This document shows, one piece after another, positions 18,762 through 19,607 of a stretch of 19,607 nt of DNA. Numbering within the stretch: the stretch's first letter is position 1; every line of letters begins with the position of its first letter. Origin of the DNA: Clostridia bacterium (GTDB taxonomy: Bacteria; Bacillota; Clostridia; Christensenellales; Aristaeellaceae); the NCBI GenBank assembly GCA_024404275.1, contig JAKSQG010000016.1, positions 1 to 19,607 on the forward strand. The letters run 5' to 3'. Position numbers and translations under genes: made by a program. The notes below the pieces were generated by a model, which was not told where the DNA came from, made no database searches, and worked only from the letters and a program-made list of their open reading frames with translations.

Positions 18762-19106
18762 TTACGCCCGTTTAATACTGTGGATGCGGATGTACTTGAT
18801 ATCGGTGCCCAGTTCCTCAGCCAGAGCGGCGGAAACAGCGGCGACCAGTTCACTGCGGTTGGGAATGGCCTCGGTCACAGGGGCAGCGGCGACCGCCTTG
18901 GGCGCCTCTTCCTTGGGGGCAACGCGCTTCATGATGGAGCCCAGCAGACTGATCAGAACGATCAGGCAGACCAGACCAACAAACACGATGCCGATGCCCA
19001 TGACGCATACCATCCAAATGGCAGGTTCCGCAGCAGCCGTTTCAATAACGGGTTCCACGACCTGTTCAACCTGGTTGATCACTTCTTCAGCAATGGCAAT
19101 ACTCAT
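18762..19106 (-). CDS. oadG: Small single-TM decarboxylase subunit (OadG/gamma-like)
   Basis: 114 aa with one hydrophobic helix (IWMVCVMGIGIVFVGLVCLIVLISLLG) and a C-terminal segment (AAVSAALAEELG) typical of the OadG family. It sits directly upstream of the biotin carrier and beta subunit genes. Confidence 0.65.
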   Translation of the reverse strand: MSIAIAEEVINQVEQVVEPVIETAAAEPAIWMVCVMGIGIVFVGLVCLIVLISLLGSIMKRVAPKEEAPKAVAAAPVTEAIPNRSELVAAVSAALAEELGTDIKYIRIHSIKRA

Positions 19107-19124
19107 GTTTTACCTCTCGGTTTC

Positions 19125-19607
19125 TCAGGCCTTGGGGCCGGCGGCAACCAGCGCCTTGCCGGCTTCATTGCCCTCGTACTTGGCGAAGTTCTTGACAAAG
19201 CGGGCAGCCAGGTCGGCAGCCTTCTCTTCCCAGACAGCCTTGTCGGCATAGGTATCGCGGGGATCCAGAATGGCGGGGTTGACGCCGGGCAGCTCGGTGG
19301 GAACTTCCAGGTCAAACACGGGGATCTTCTTGGTGGGGGCGTTCAGGATATCGCCGTTCAGGATGGCGTCGATGATGCCGCGGGTATCCTTGATGGAGAT
19401 GCGCTTGCCGGTGCCGTTCCAGCCGGTGTTGACCAGATAGGCCTTGGCGCCGCTCTGAGCCATCTTCTTGACCAGCTCCTCAGCGTACTTGGTGGGATGC
19501 AGCTCCAGGAAGGCCTGGCCGAAGCAAGCGGAGAAGGTGGGAGTGGGCTCGGTGATGCCGCGCTCGGTGCCGGCCAGCTTGGCGGTGAAGCCGGACAGGA
19601 AGTAGTA
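19125..19607 (-). CDS. pckA: Phosphoenolpyruvate carboxykinase (ATP), C-terminal part; 5' end lies outside the window
   Basis: The frame stays open to the window edge ([34 protein letters not shown]...). [29 protein letters not shown] is the conserved C-terminal region of ATP-type PckA. TGA stop at 19125-19127. Confidence 0.9.
   Translation of the reverse strand, partial: YYFLSGFTAKLAGTERGITEPTPTFSACFGQAFLELHPTKYAEELVKKMAQSGAKAYLVNTGWNGTGKRISIKDTRGIIDAILNGDILNAPTKKIPVFDLEVPTELPGVNPAILDPRDTYADKAVWEEKAADLAARFVKNFAKYEGNEAGKALVAAGPKA

Overview
Chromosomal window from a moderately high-GC Firmicute, probably a Clostridia/Oscillospiraceae-like gut anaerobe; this guess rests only on the T-box leader, the tig-clpP-clpX order, SD-type RBSs and sigma-A-like promoters. 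I support 19 protein-coding genes, two of them truncated by the window edges. On the + strand: pepT (3' part), a membrane GGDEF diguanylate cyclase, tig-clpP-clpX-ogt and a GntR/FCD regulator. On the - strand: T-box-controlled thrS, an HD-domain hydrolase, a tightly packed four-gene unit, and a five-gene unit. The four-gene unit is GH2 beta-galactosidase, PHP phosphoesterase, a PduO/EutT-like adenosyltransferase-fold protein, and a secreted SH3b/PT-linker/beta-propeller protein. The five-gene unit is pckA followed by a split Na+-translocating oxaloacetate-decarboxylase set (gamma-like, biotin carrier, beta, alpha). I saw no tRNA or rRNA genes, CRISPR arrays, transposases, integrases or phage genes. 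Most of the window is housekeeping. The items worth a second look are listed here. (1) An in-frame TAG splits the GGDEF gene between predicted TM1 and TM2, and no gene in the window terminates with TAG. (2) The lacZ-PHP-adenosyltransferase-like-secreted propeller operon is functionally incongruous and has a lower-GC GntR regulator convergent on it. (3) pckA is co-operonic with a Na+-pumping OAD. (4) ThrRS has only a remnant TGS domain behind an ACC-specifier T-box. (5) There is a CtsR-like half box and a hairpin-embedded promoter in front of clpP. All functional calls come from motif recognition by eye; no database search was run.
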